This document shows, in pieces, positions 8,817 through 17,650 of a stretch of 64,000 bases of DNA. The DNA comes from an uncultured Calditrichaceae bacterium (GTDB lineage: Bacteria; Calditrichota; Calditrichia; RBG-13-44-9), in NCBI GenBank assembly GCA_964452045.1, contig CAYVKM010000004.1:2659-66658 (forward strand), written 5' to 3'. The position numbers and the translations under genes were made by a program. Numbering within the stretch: the stretch's first letter is position 1; each line of letters begins with the position of its first letter. The notes beneath the pieces were generated by a model. It did not search any database, was not told the DNA's origin, and saw only the letters and a list, made by a program, of their open reading frames with translations.

Positions 8817-11216
8817 ATGATCTCTGCTCCACGAAATGCTCCGCCAGGTTTCGACTGGATCGTCCGGGTAAAAATCTGGGAAATGAAAGACAGTTCATTT
8901 ACGCTCCACGTACAAACCGCAAATGGCAAACAAGCCAGTGTTATCTTTCGAGTAATTACTCCCTGGATCTGGCACATCGTATTTTTACCTCCTGGTGTTA
9001 AATATATAGCAATGGATGAAGTTGTTAAGTTTGTAGTCCCCCAAAAGCTTAAACTAAACTTAACGGAGAGCGGTAGGTTTTTAAAGATCACGGGTTCCAA
9101 ATTGACACTGCTAATATCAAAGGATCTCTGGTCATTTTCTTTTCAGGACAAAAGTGGAAATCATCTGCTGCGGGAAAATCCGGGTGATATCGACGGACTG
9201 GGGCAGCCCTTTGTTCAGAATCTTGGCTATATCAAACAAGAAGGTCGGATAAACACGGTAACCGAGTCCTTTCATTTGAAACCGGATGAACATCTGTACG
9301 GACTGGGGGAAAAATTTACCCGACTTGATAAAGTGGGTCAGAAAATAGTTACCTGGACTGTGGATGCTCTGGGCTCTACCAGTGAACGTTCCCATAAAAA
9401 TGTCCCATTACTTATCAGCACATGTGGATATGGCTTGTTTCTAAATTCTTCAGCCCGGATAACCTGGGAGCTGGGAACCGAATCTACCCAGTCCTACTGC
9501 ATTTTTCAGGAATCTTCATTTATAGATGCCTATTTGATCTATGGACCAAAACCAGCAAATATCCTATCTCGTTATGCTGACCTGACCGGGCATGCCCCGG
9601 TTCCGCCCAAATGGAGTTTTGGACTATGGATTTCTACTGCCGGAACCTATAGGGATCAGAAGTCGGTGATGAAACTGTTAAGAGGAATTGAACAACATAG
9701 GATCCCTGCTAACGTTTTGCATATTGATACCTGGTGGATGCGGGAACGAAAATACTGCGATTTTATCTGGGATCGCCATGCTTTTCCTGAGGTAGAGAAG
9801 CTTATTCACAAAATTAAACAGAAAAAGCTCAAACTATCCCTTTGGATTCAACCCTATATCTCCACCGAAAGCGAACTTTTTGATATCGGTAAGCAAAAGG
9901 GATATTTCTTGAAACGTTTGAATGGCGAAGTCTATATTATAAACTATGGTCTCTCACTTGCGCCGGCACCTGATGGGGTTGTAAGACTAGCGGAAGAGAA
10001 ACAAGGGTGGAATGCACCGGTGGCGCTGGTGGATTTCACCAATCCGGAGGCATATCGGTGGTTCCAGGATCTGGCCAGGCCTGTTTTACAAATGGGTGCC
10101 GACATCTATAAAACTGATTTTGGTGAAGACGTCCCCAGGGATGCAGTATTTCATAATGGCCAGACCGGAGCACTCATGCACAATCTTTATCCTTTGCTCT
10201 ACAATAAAGCAATCTTTGAAGTTGTGAAACAGGAAAAAGATTATGGACTGGTCTGGGCTCGGTCGGGATTTGCCGGTAGCCAGAAATATCCGGTTTGCTG
10301 GTCCGGAGATCCGGCAGCGGATTGGGATAGTCTGGCGGTGACCATTCGCGGCGGACTCTCCCTGGGATTTTCCGGTATTCCCTTTTGGAGCAATGACATT
10401 GGCGGCTACCGGGGTATGCCGTCAGCAGAATTATATGTTCGTTGGGCGCAATTTGGGTTATTTTGCTCCCATAGCCGTATGCATGGAGATAGTCCCCGTG
10501 AACCCTGGTATTTTGGTGATACTGCACTGCGGATTGTCAGAAAATATATTCTTCTGCGTTACCGGTTATTTCCCTACATCTATTGTACAGCAATTGAATC
10601 ACACCGGACGGGGATGCCGGTCATTCGGCCCATGCCGCTGCTCTTCCCGGAGGATCCCAACTACCATAGCCTGGATCTGCAATATATGTTCGGACCCTGG
10701 CTGCTGGTAGCCCCCATGTATAATGATTCGGATTTCCGCTGGATTTATCTGCCGAAAGGCAAATGGATTGATTTCTTTAATGGTAAAATTTTTAAAGGTC
10801 CGGCCAATATCAGGTTCAAGGCGCCTCTGGACAAATTACCCTTGTTTGTTCGATCCGGTGCCATTCTGCCAATGATGCGGAAAAGTTTTCGAATTCCGGA
10901 GGGTTCGATAAATCCGTTAATTGTTGAAGTCTTCCCTGAGGATAATAGTCATTACACCTTGTTTGAGGACGAGGGGAAAACCGATTTTCAGTGTTCAAAA
11001 TCGGAAAAAGAGATCATTCTAAGGATCACCGGTAAATTCGTACGAAATTATATTCTGCATTTTAGAACCATCAAGAATATCAAAGAAGCGCGGATTGAAA
11101 CAGGAGGGAAATTGGAGTTGGTTGATAAATTAAAAATTAAAAATTTCAGGAATGGCATTGAACTCTCCATTAACAGGATAACAGAAGCGAAAATTATTTT
11201 TGACATAGGAGTCTGA
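8817..11216 (+). CDS. Glycoside hydrolase family 31 (alpha-glucosidase/alpha-xylosidase-like)
   Basis: GH31 nucleophile-region motif YKTDFGEDVP as in YicI, and HIDTWWM. The track ORF starts at 8745 but overlaps the upstream stop. An in-frame ATG at 8817 lies 1 nt after that stop and is the more likely start. Confidence 0.8.
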   Translation: MISAPRNAPPGFDWIVRVKIWEMKDSSFTLHVQTANGKQASVIFRVITPWIWHIVFLPPGVKYIAMDEVVKFVVPQKLKLNLTESGRFLKITGSKLTLLISKDLWSFSFQDKSGNHLLRENPGDIDGLGQPFVQNLGYIKQEGRINTVTESFHLKPDEHLYGLGEKFTRLDKVGQKIVTWTVDALGSTSERSHKNVPLLISTCGYGLFLNSSARITWELGTESTQSYCIFQESSFIDAYLIYGPKPANILSRYADLTGHAPVPPKWSFGLWISTAGTYRDQKSVMKLLRGIEQHRIPANVLHIDTWWMRERKYCDFIWDRHAFPEVEKLIHKIKQKKLKLSLWIQPYISTESELFDIGKQKGYFLKRLNGEVYIINYGLSLAPAPDGVVRLAEEKQGWNAPVALVDFTNPEAYRWFQDLARPVLQMGADIYKTDFGEDVPRDAVFHNGQTGALMHNLYPLLYNKAIFEVVKQEKDYGLVWARSGFAGSQKYPVCWSGDPAADWDSLAVTIRGGLSLGFSGIPFWSNDIGGYRGMPSAELYVRWAQFGLFCSHSRMHGDSPREPWYFGDTALRIVRKYILLRYRLFPYIYCTAIESHRTGMPVIRPMPLLFPEDPNYHSLDLQYMFGPWLLVAPMYNDSDFRWIYLPKGKWIDFFNGKIFKGPANIRFKAPLDKLPLFVRSGAILPMMRKSFRIPEGSINPLIVEVFPEDNSHYTLFEDEGKTDFQCSKSEKEIILRITGKFVRNYILHFRTIKNIKEARIETGGKLELVDKLKIKNFRNGIELSINRITEAKIIFDIGV

Positions 11217-11218
11217 TC

Positions 11219-12358
11219 ATGTCACCAAAAAAGTCTAACCATAGCCTTTGTCGATGGACCTTTAATGCCGGTAAGGGTGGATTTGTCCCGGCTGATATTC
11301 GTCCTGCCTGGGACGAAGCAAAACTGGACACCCCGGGCGTTATCCGGCTCATCAAAGAGAAAATTGTCCCCCGTGTGCCGGAGCATATCCTCCTGGGCTT
11401 TGAAATCCATTACGATAATGAAGTGAACGAACAGAACGCTGAAGCGGTGGCGGAAGCCTTACTTGATTGTGGAATGTACCTGGCAATGATTACTCCCGGT
11501 GCCCATATTCACTATGGTTATGGTGGGCCTGCCTCAATGGATATCGAAGAACGGAAATCGGCCAATTTTTTTGCCCGACGAACGGTTGATCTGGCTTACC
11601 AGGAACTGCGTAAAGCCTGGCATCCCCACAAATCACTTTTTCCCAGCCTGGTGATCTGGAACGGTTCCTTTGGATACGATCTGGCTACTACTGGTGTGCA
11701 GCAGATGTATCAGAATCTGAAGGACGGTATCGCCGGAGTATGTCAATATGAAGCCCAAAAGGGGGGTGATCTATATATTGGAATTGAGCCCAAGCCGAAT
11801 GAGGGGCATGCTGCAATGCTGTTGCCAACGGTGGCCAGTACCATAATTTTCTGGCATAAATTGGAGAAGGAGTATGGCATTTCCCTACGGAAGAAGGGGG
11901 TGAATAAAGAGTTTGGTCATTCCGAGATGATCGGGCTGGATCACGTCTATGATACGGTGGAGGAAATTGACAACGATATGCTGGTACATATGCATGTTAA
12001 TAGTCAGGGTTATAATGATGGAATCCTGTTAGGTGGGCCAGGAAAGTTTGATATTGATAATGGAGTTCGGATCAACGGGATGAATATTGCTGTGGCTGGT
12101 TTAATGCAAAAGGCTGGGTATAAGCGCTGGAAGGGACATGACATGCAGCCCCGGCCCCATGACAATGAAGAACAGGCTATTAACCGGGTGGTGCGCAGTA
12201 TTCTCAGTTGGGAAGCCTGCGAGAAGGCAGCTGCGGAACTGGATGAAAAGAAACTGTTTGAATTTTTATCCTCTCGCCAAACAGCAGCAGTTGAGGATCT
12301 GATCCGTGGAGCCATAAATGATGCTCAAAAATATTTTGATGAATTGTATGCATCCTGA
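11219..12358 (+). CDS. Xylose-isomerase-family TIM-barrel isomerase (class I XylA-like, divergent)
   Basis: 379 aa. Contains GIEPKPNEG (the XylA IEPKPNEP motif), EIHYDNEV (FHDDD region), FGHSEM (TGHEQM region) and VHMHVNSQ (FHIDLNGQ region). The WGGREG motif is replaced by WNGSFG. Confidence 0.7.
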   Translation: MSPKKSNHSLCRWTFNAGKGGFVPADIRPAWDEAKLDTPGVIRLIKEKIVPRVPEHILLGFEIHYDNEVNEQNAEAVAEALLDCGMYLAMITPGAHIHYGYGGPASMDIEERKSANFFARRTVDLAYQELRKAWHPHKSLFPSLVIWNGSFGYDLATTGVQQMYQNLKDGIAGVCQYEAQKGGDLYIGIEPKPNEGHAAMLLPTVASTIIFWHKLEKEYGISLRKKGVNKEFGHSEMIGLDHVYDTVEEIDNDMLVHMHVNSQGYNDGILLGGPGKFDIDNGVRINGMNIAVAGLMQKAGYKRWKGHDMQPRPHDNEEQAINRVVRSILSWEACEKAAAELDEKKLFEFLSSRQTAAVEDLIRGAINDAQKYFDELYAS

Positions 12359-12418
12359 ATGGTAATATAATCTCCAGTTTAAAAATTATAACCGATATCG
12401 AGTAAGAATTTCGGATGG

Positions 12419-13420
12419 TTAATTCGTTTGATAAACCTTCCACGCCTTAAAAAAGCTTTTTAAATTTTCTTTCGGAACACCCGGTGGAATATCACACCCA
12501 GTGGATAGAATATAGTTTTTGTATTTCCTGGTTTTATCCAGCAGATCGAGGGTTGTCTGGTAAACCTGGTCGGGTGTCGACTCCTTGAAGATCCCAACCG
12601 GATCTAGATTGCCCATCACCAGCAAGTCTTTATTGAGATAAGCCAGGGCTGAGAGAATGTCACACTGATTGCCCAGATGGAGGGCCGCTGCTTTGGTATT
12701 TTGCATGCTTTCCAGTAGGGGATTAGTATTCCCGCAGTTGTGCAGTACCAGGATAAAACTATCGTCCTGAACCGTCTCAACCACCTGCCGGATGTAAATT
12801 GAGGAAAATTCCTGGCATAGTTCCGGGGAAAGCATACCGGCCGCCGGTTCGGCCATGATAACCCCGCCGGTCCCGGCTGTTTTAAAAGCCTGGCAATATA
12901 TTGTCAGGAAGGCAGTACATTTCTCCAGTAATAGATGGATTGAAATCGGATCGATCAGCATTTCTATCATGATCTCGGTCATGCCATAAAGGCGCCCGGC
13001 CAGGCTGAACGGTCCGATGCAACCTGCTAATACTGGCCGATCGGTAATATGCATTGCCGCTAATTGGGCAGCTTTCAGATATTCGGGCAGTCTTTTCCGA
13101 TCAAGCTCGGGCACCTTTAATTTGTCTATACTTTCCTTATCGCTCAGCAGTCTTCCGCATACAGTCGGAACATCATTTTCGCTGAAATGAACTTCAGCCC
13201 CGAAAGCTTCGGCTTCTACCGAGAGATCCATCATCATTGTGACAGCCGCGGTGGGATAGGTTTCAGCAAGCGCCTGAACGATCTGATAATGAACTGTACC
13301 ATCACTTACTGCCTGAAGGATTGTAGTGCCGATCATTTCAATCCCCGGGTGGGTCATGATTGGTATGGTTACCCTCTGTTTTTGAGTGATGATTCTGTTT
13401 TTCCATTCCTTCATATTCAT
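12419..13420 (-). CDS. URO-D/MtaA-family protein, paralog 4
   Basis: 333 aa. LHNCGNTNPLL motif, GNLDP, and C-terminal STGCDIPPGVP. Convergent with the plus-strand unit. Confidence 0.6.
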   Translation of the reverse strand: MNMKEWKNRIITQKQRVTIPIMTHPGIEMIGTTILQAVSDGTVHYQIVQALAETYPTAAVTMMMDLSVEAEAFGAEVHFSENDVPTVCGRLLSDKESIDKLKVPELDRKRLPEYLKAAQLAAMHITDRPVLAGCIGPFSLAGRLYGMTEIMIEMLIDPISIHLLLEKCTAFLTIYCQAFKTAGTGGVIMAEPAAGMLSPELCQEFSSIYIRQVVETVQDDSFILVLHNCGNTNPLLESMQNTKAAALHLGNQCDILSALAYLNKDLLVMGNLDPVGIFKESTPDQVYQTTLDLLDKTRKYKNYILSTGCDIPPGVPKENLKSFFKAWKVYQTN

Positions 13421-13543
13421 ATGCAGTATAGAGTTTCGAGATGATAAAATGAACCTATGATCTTTCAGATCCTTTAAAATTTTACCTCATTATCAGAATA
13501 TTTTAATTCCTAGAAGTTGACAAATGTCAGCTTTGGAGTATGA

Positions 13544-16500
13544 TCAATCCATCAGAGACTTAATTGAATTCGCCAATAATCGTCTGAGCAGAACCGGCTG
13601 CATGCCCTTTCCCGGTTGTTGTAAACCAGTAACCATTCCGGGCAGACTATGCCAGAGAATTTTCCCCTTTCCCAGCTTGGTAGTAAAACTGGCAGCGCCG
13701 ATATTTCGATCATGATCCCTGCCATAACCAACGAAAACATCCACATTTTGGCCCTCAAGCAGCAAGCCATCTGATCCGCTCACCGGTACCTGGTAATAGC
13801 TTTTCATGGCCTGATTAACCGGCATTCCATCAAAGACCGGGTGCTCCCGAACAAAAAACCAGGCGCCCATCCATGAGGCACGCACATTACCCACATGTCC
13901 CAGATAGTTGAAAGCGCCAGCTTCACCTAGCTTCTTGCCATAGGCATCGGCTGCCTCATGCCCGTCCGGAAGTACAAGCAGAGGTAATCCCGATTTTACC
14001 CGGGAGAGAACCTCATCGTCCAGGTTGAGTTTCTGACCATAAACTCCCCACACCAATCCGTTTTTGTCGGTGTAAGACTCTCCACCACAATTAATGGCGA
14101 TGACGGAATCTCCGGCCTCCACTTTTATGGCACTGAATTTGGCGTAATTGACCGTCAATTTGGGAACGGTGATCTTTACCACCCCATCCGGATCATTTAC
14201 CACAAAGGAGGTATCCAAGGCGATATTTGGCCCACCCACGGTTTTGACAATATCGAAATCTTTCAGAACGGTATCGCCATTTATGGCCATGTTCATTACC
14301 CGGTCACCGGGATTTTTCAGGGTAACTTCAGCCAGGCGTAGAGTCACCTTGGCAGTCCCTCTGGGAAGATCGGTGAAGACATATTCCAGATTTCGCCAGT
14401 ATCCCCAGCTCTCGGTATGGAAAAGCCGATCATCATCGGTATTGGCAATTTCCCGGGTCGAATCGACCACCGATCGCCAGCCATACAACAAGCGGGTTGA
14501 GGCAATAAGTAAATCATAAATCCCACTTTTTTGATAAGCTTCCGCCTTTACCCCGGGAAAGTTGTTAAGCTCATTTATAAATTCTGGTTCATGGGTCAGC
14601 ACACCAATCGAAACATTTCCCGCCAGATCAGGAAACTGGTCCACCACCAGAATTTTTTCTTCACCGAAAACAGTTTGGTTATCTATAGCGCTTAACTTAA
14701 GATCATAGAATCCTTCTTTGGTCAATTCCGGGGTAATTACTGAAATTTCTATGGGATAAACGAAACGGTCCTTTTGCCAATCTGATAACGCAAATTGATT
14801 TGATTTTATTTCAGTACCATCAGGATCGGTAATGGTCAAACGAAAACCTTTCGGATGTGGTTTTCCGGTTTCATTTAACAGATAAAGATCCAGTGTATCC
14901 GGTTGTCCCAGCGAAACGACCAATGATCTTGGTTTTATGAACGGGTGCAGGAGTTCCAGCCGTTTTTTAAGCAGTTCGGGATTGCCCTTAAAATTGCGCA
15001 GGTTGTCTACAAGTCCCGAGTGATTTTCGATGGCGGTCGATTCCCATCCACTGATGACCAGAAAATCGTTTGATTCGGATAATCGGGCGGTTTCAATAAC
15101 CCTTCCCCAGAAATCGTAACATTTATCACCAATATTCAGAAACAGTTTCTCGGTGGTGGGAAAAGCCGTGCGGAATTTCCATTTATCCAGAAAGGAATTG
15201 TAAGCCTGCAGGATCTCCTGGTGATCCTGCAGATCGTAACTCTGATTGCCATTATCTTTAATTTGCTGAATCATTGCCGGATGGTTATCGGGAACCGCCG
15301 CACCCAGCATTTCCCCCCAGACCACAATTTCTGAATCATTCTCCGAGTGATGAGTAAAATCTTTCATATCCTTGTACATGGGATCCTGCCAGACGCCCGG
15401 TCCTCCCACCGTGTGTTGATCCCACCAGCCGGAATAGCCATCACCCCGGTCGAGATAAATCGTGTCATCATAAGGCTGCATCCAGGCTTGATTGCGAGGT
15501 GGAATACCGGACTTCAATACAATAATCCGGCTGGGATCCTCAGCATGCACGCGTTTCAGCAAATGAAATATGCGTGGATTATGTAAATCCGGATTGATCT
15601 CATTTTGGATGGTATACATTATAAGAGAGGGGTGGCCGCGATGATCCCGGATCATCCGGATAATTTTTTCCTCCATATATTTTTCAGCAAACGTTCCTGG
15701 TTCGCCGTCTTTTCCGGAAATATCAATATTATCTTCGGGGGAATTTGCGTATAAAGAAAATTCTTCACCGAATGCAGTTTGTCCGCCACCCGGTTCCATA
15801 TACCGGAGTAAGCCCAGGCGATCCTGGGCATTTAAAACCTCGGCTTTGCCAATGTTCCGGTGAAATTGGATACAGTTCATCCCAAAAGCCTTTGCTGCCA
15901 GTACTTCTTTCTCGGCCAATTCTGGTGTTGGCCACAATCCGTTAAATCCCCAGAATCCCCAGGAAATGGCGGAGACTAGTCGTATTCGATTGCCATTTAA
16001 ACGCAGCACCGCGTTTTTTCCTATTCCACCAGCCTCAAACCAGCGGAAGCCAAAAGTCTGGTGATAGGTATCCGTAAATTTCTTCTTATTTTTCCTAGAA
16101 TTGCCGGTAAAACTGACCCGAACTTCATAAAGTTTGGGATTATCCAGAGACCAGATTTCTGCCCCTGGGCAAATAATTGATGATTCGAATTCAAGATTTT
16201 TCCCAGCAGCAATTTCCACTTTTTCTTTTCGCGAAGTTAATTTCTCCCCGTTCTGTGGATCAGTTACTTCAAAGTGCAACTCTCCATTAAATGCATCGGA
16301 AACCTCATTTTGAATCATTCCACGCACCCGGATAGTTTTAATATCAGGTGTATTGAGAACCGCCACATTTTCCAGATAAACAGGATCATGTGCAGTGATG
16401 AATATTCCCCGGTCCAATCCCCCAAAACCATGACCCATGTGGAACTGGTATTTTCCCCATTTGTGCATGCGGGTGTCTACCCAATCCATTTCCCCACCAG

Positions 16501-17071
16501 GATTGGTAATCCGGATTGCCAGCAGATTAGCTGCCCCCGGCAATACTACTTTGCTGATATCGCAGCTAAATGAAGTCTCAGTAATAATGTGATAACCCAC
16601 TAATTTCTGATTAAGGTATACCTCGGCCCGTAATCGGGCGTCCCGGATGTGTAAAATTATTTTTTTATTGGCATACTCATTTGGTATCTGCATTTTCTGC
16701 CACCACCAGGAAACTCCCTTGTAATATCCATTTTTAACCTGAGGATCTTCCTGTTCGAAATAGTATTCGTTATCATAAGGCTGAAAACCGAACTTTCCCC
16801 AATAATATTGTTCAACAGTGGCTGGCAGGGTCACTGGTATACCGATCTTTTCATTGAGAACTTCCCACCCACCGGTTGGCATGTTTACCGGTAGCTGGTC
16901 AAGCTCAAATTCACCGGGAAGGAAAATGTCATCATTTTGCCAGATGGCTGCAGTGTCCGGCCATAATCGCCAGTTGTTATCAGGAATATCGAGCCGATCC
17001 CCTGCGCGGCTGAAAGTTGGGTTCATCATTATAAGACAGAAAAAAAGTAATAAGTTGATATAGAATTTCAT
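13544..17071 (-). CDS. Secreted multidomain glycoside hydrolase (GH2-like, clan GH-A) with malectin-like carbohydrate-binding module(s)
   Basis: 1175 aa. Signal peptide MKFYINLLLFFCLIMMNPTFSRA. GH2-type N-terminal sugar-binding region. TIM barrel with an ...YTIQNEINPD acid/base-like motif. INCGGESYTDKNGLVWG matches the malectin signature. Confidence 0.6.
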   Translation of the reverse strand: MKFYINLLLFFCLIMMNPTFSRAGDRLDIPDNNWRLWPDTAAIWQNDDIFLPGEFELDQLPVNMPTGGWEVLNEKIGIPVTLPATVEQYYWGKFGFQPYDNEYYFEQEDPQVKNGYYKGVSWWWQKMQIPNEYANKKIILHIRDARLRAEVYLNQKLVGYHIITETSFSCDISKVVLPGAANLLAIRITNPGGEMDWVDTRMHKWGKYQFHMGHGFGGLDRGIFITAHDPVYLENVAVLNTPDIKTIRVRGMIQNEVSDAFNGELHFEVTDPQNGEKLTSRKEKVEIAAGKNLEFESSIICPGAEIWSLDNPKLYEVRVSFTGNSRKNKKKFTDTYHQTFGFRWFEAGGIGKNAVLRLNGNRIRLVSAISWGFWGFNGLWPTPELAEKEVLAAKAFGMNCIQFHRNIGKAEVLNAQDRLGLLRYMEPGGGQTAFGEEFSLYANSPEDNIDISGKDGEPGTFAEKYMEEKIIRMIRDHRGHPSLIMYTIQNEINPDLHNPRIFHLLKRVHAEDPSRIIVLKSGIPPRNQAWMQPYDDTIYLDRGDGYSGWWDQHTVGGPGVWQDPMYKDMKDFTHHSENDSEIVVWGEMLGAAVPDNHPAMIQQIKDNGNQSYDLQDHQEILQAYNSFLDKWKFRTAFPTTEKLFLNIGDKCYDFWGRVIETARLSESNDFLVISGWESTAIENHSGLVDNLRNFKGNPELLKKRLELLHPFIKPRSLVVSLGQPDTLDLYLLNETGKPHPKGFRLTITDPDGTEIKSNQFALSDWQKDRFVYPIEISVITPELTKEGFYDLKLSAIDNQTVFGEEKILVVDQFPDLAGNVSIGVLTHEPEFINELNNFPGVKAEAYQKSGIYDLLIASTRLLYGWRSVVDSTREIANTDDDRLFHTESWGYWRNLEYVFTDLPRGTAKVTLRLAEVTLKNPGDRVMNMAINGDTVLKDFDIVKTVGGPNIALDTSFVVNDPDGVVKITVPKLTVNYAKFSAIKVEAGDSVIAINCGGESYTDKNGLVWGVYGQKLNLDDEVLSRVKSGLPLLVLPDGHEAADAYGKKLGEAGAFNYLGHVGNVRASWMGAWFFVREHPVFDGMPVNQAMKSYYQVPVSGSDGLLLEGQNVDVFVGYGRDHDRNIGAASFTTKLGKGKILWHSLPGMVTGLQQPGKGMQPVLLRRLLANSIKSLMD

Positions 17072-17211
17072 GGTCTTGACCTTTCAATTCGTCAAAATTA
17101 TTCATACCAGATCAAAGGACAGTTCATCCCTGATATATATCTTTAAAAAAAATCAACTGGTAAAATCTATTTATTTAAATGCCACGATTTATTCGATTAA
17201 AGAGACGAGGT

Positions 17212-17625
17212 TTAAAAAATTACACCGGCAACCAATATTAAATTAGCGAATGGGGTGGCTTCTCCGGTACGAACAAAGGCAATATTATGGGTCTCCCGGG
17301 TAATTTGCTTAATTTGTTCGTGACTGATTTTTTGGATCGGCACATCAGGTACAGTTTTCTGAAGTAAATCTTCTAGTGCTTTGTAATAATGAGGTGAGCG
17401 CTTTTCCATTTCAACGGTGATGATAATTTTTTCAACCTGGAGCTCCTGAAGAATTACCTGAAGCACATCCAGAAAACGAGGCAAATTGGGTGTAACAGCC
17501 AGGTCAACTAGTTCTTTTCCATAAGGAATAGGCAGTCCGCTATCCGCAATCACCAGAAAATCCCCGTGACCCATTCGGGCAATTACCTTGGATAACGGAG
17601 CATTTAACAATGCTGTTTTTTTCAT
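17212..17625 (-). CDS. rbsD: RbsD/FucU-family sugar mutarotase/pyranase
   Basis: 137 aa. MKKTALLNAPLSKVIARMGHGDFLVIADSGLPIP closely matches the RbsD N-terminus. Confidence 0.8.
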   Translation of the reverse strand: MKKTALLNAPLSKVIARMGHGDFLVIADSGLPIPYGKELVDLAVTPNLPRFLDVLQVILQELQVEKIIITVEMEKRSPHYYKALEDLLQKTVPDVPIQKISHEQIKQITRETHNIAFVRTGEATPFANLILVAGVIF

Positions 17626-17650
17626 AGCACTATCTCTCTATATATCCTTT

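Noticed and set aside
12359-12418. A possible bidirectional terminator hairpin between the convergent xylA-like and URO-D paralog 4 genes (CCGATATCG…TTCGG).
   Set aside because: Only a 4-5-bp imperfect stem and no flanking U-run. Not convincing.
13524-16573. Multiple 60-120-aa plus-strand ORFs (for example 14148-14519 and 16274-16573) inside the large GH2-malectin gene.
   Set aside because: These are shadow ORFs on the opposite strand of a 1175-aa gene with a continuous domain architecture.
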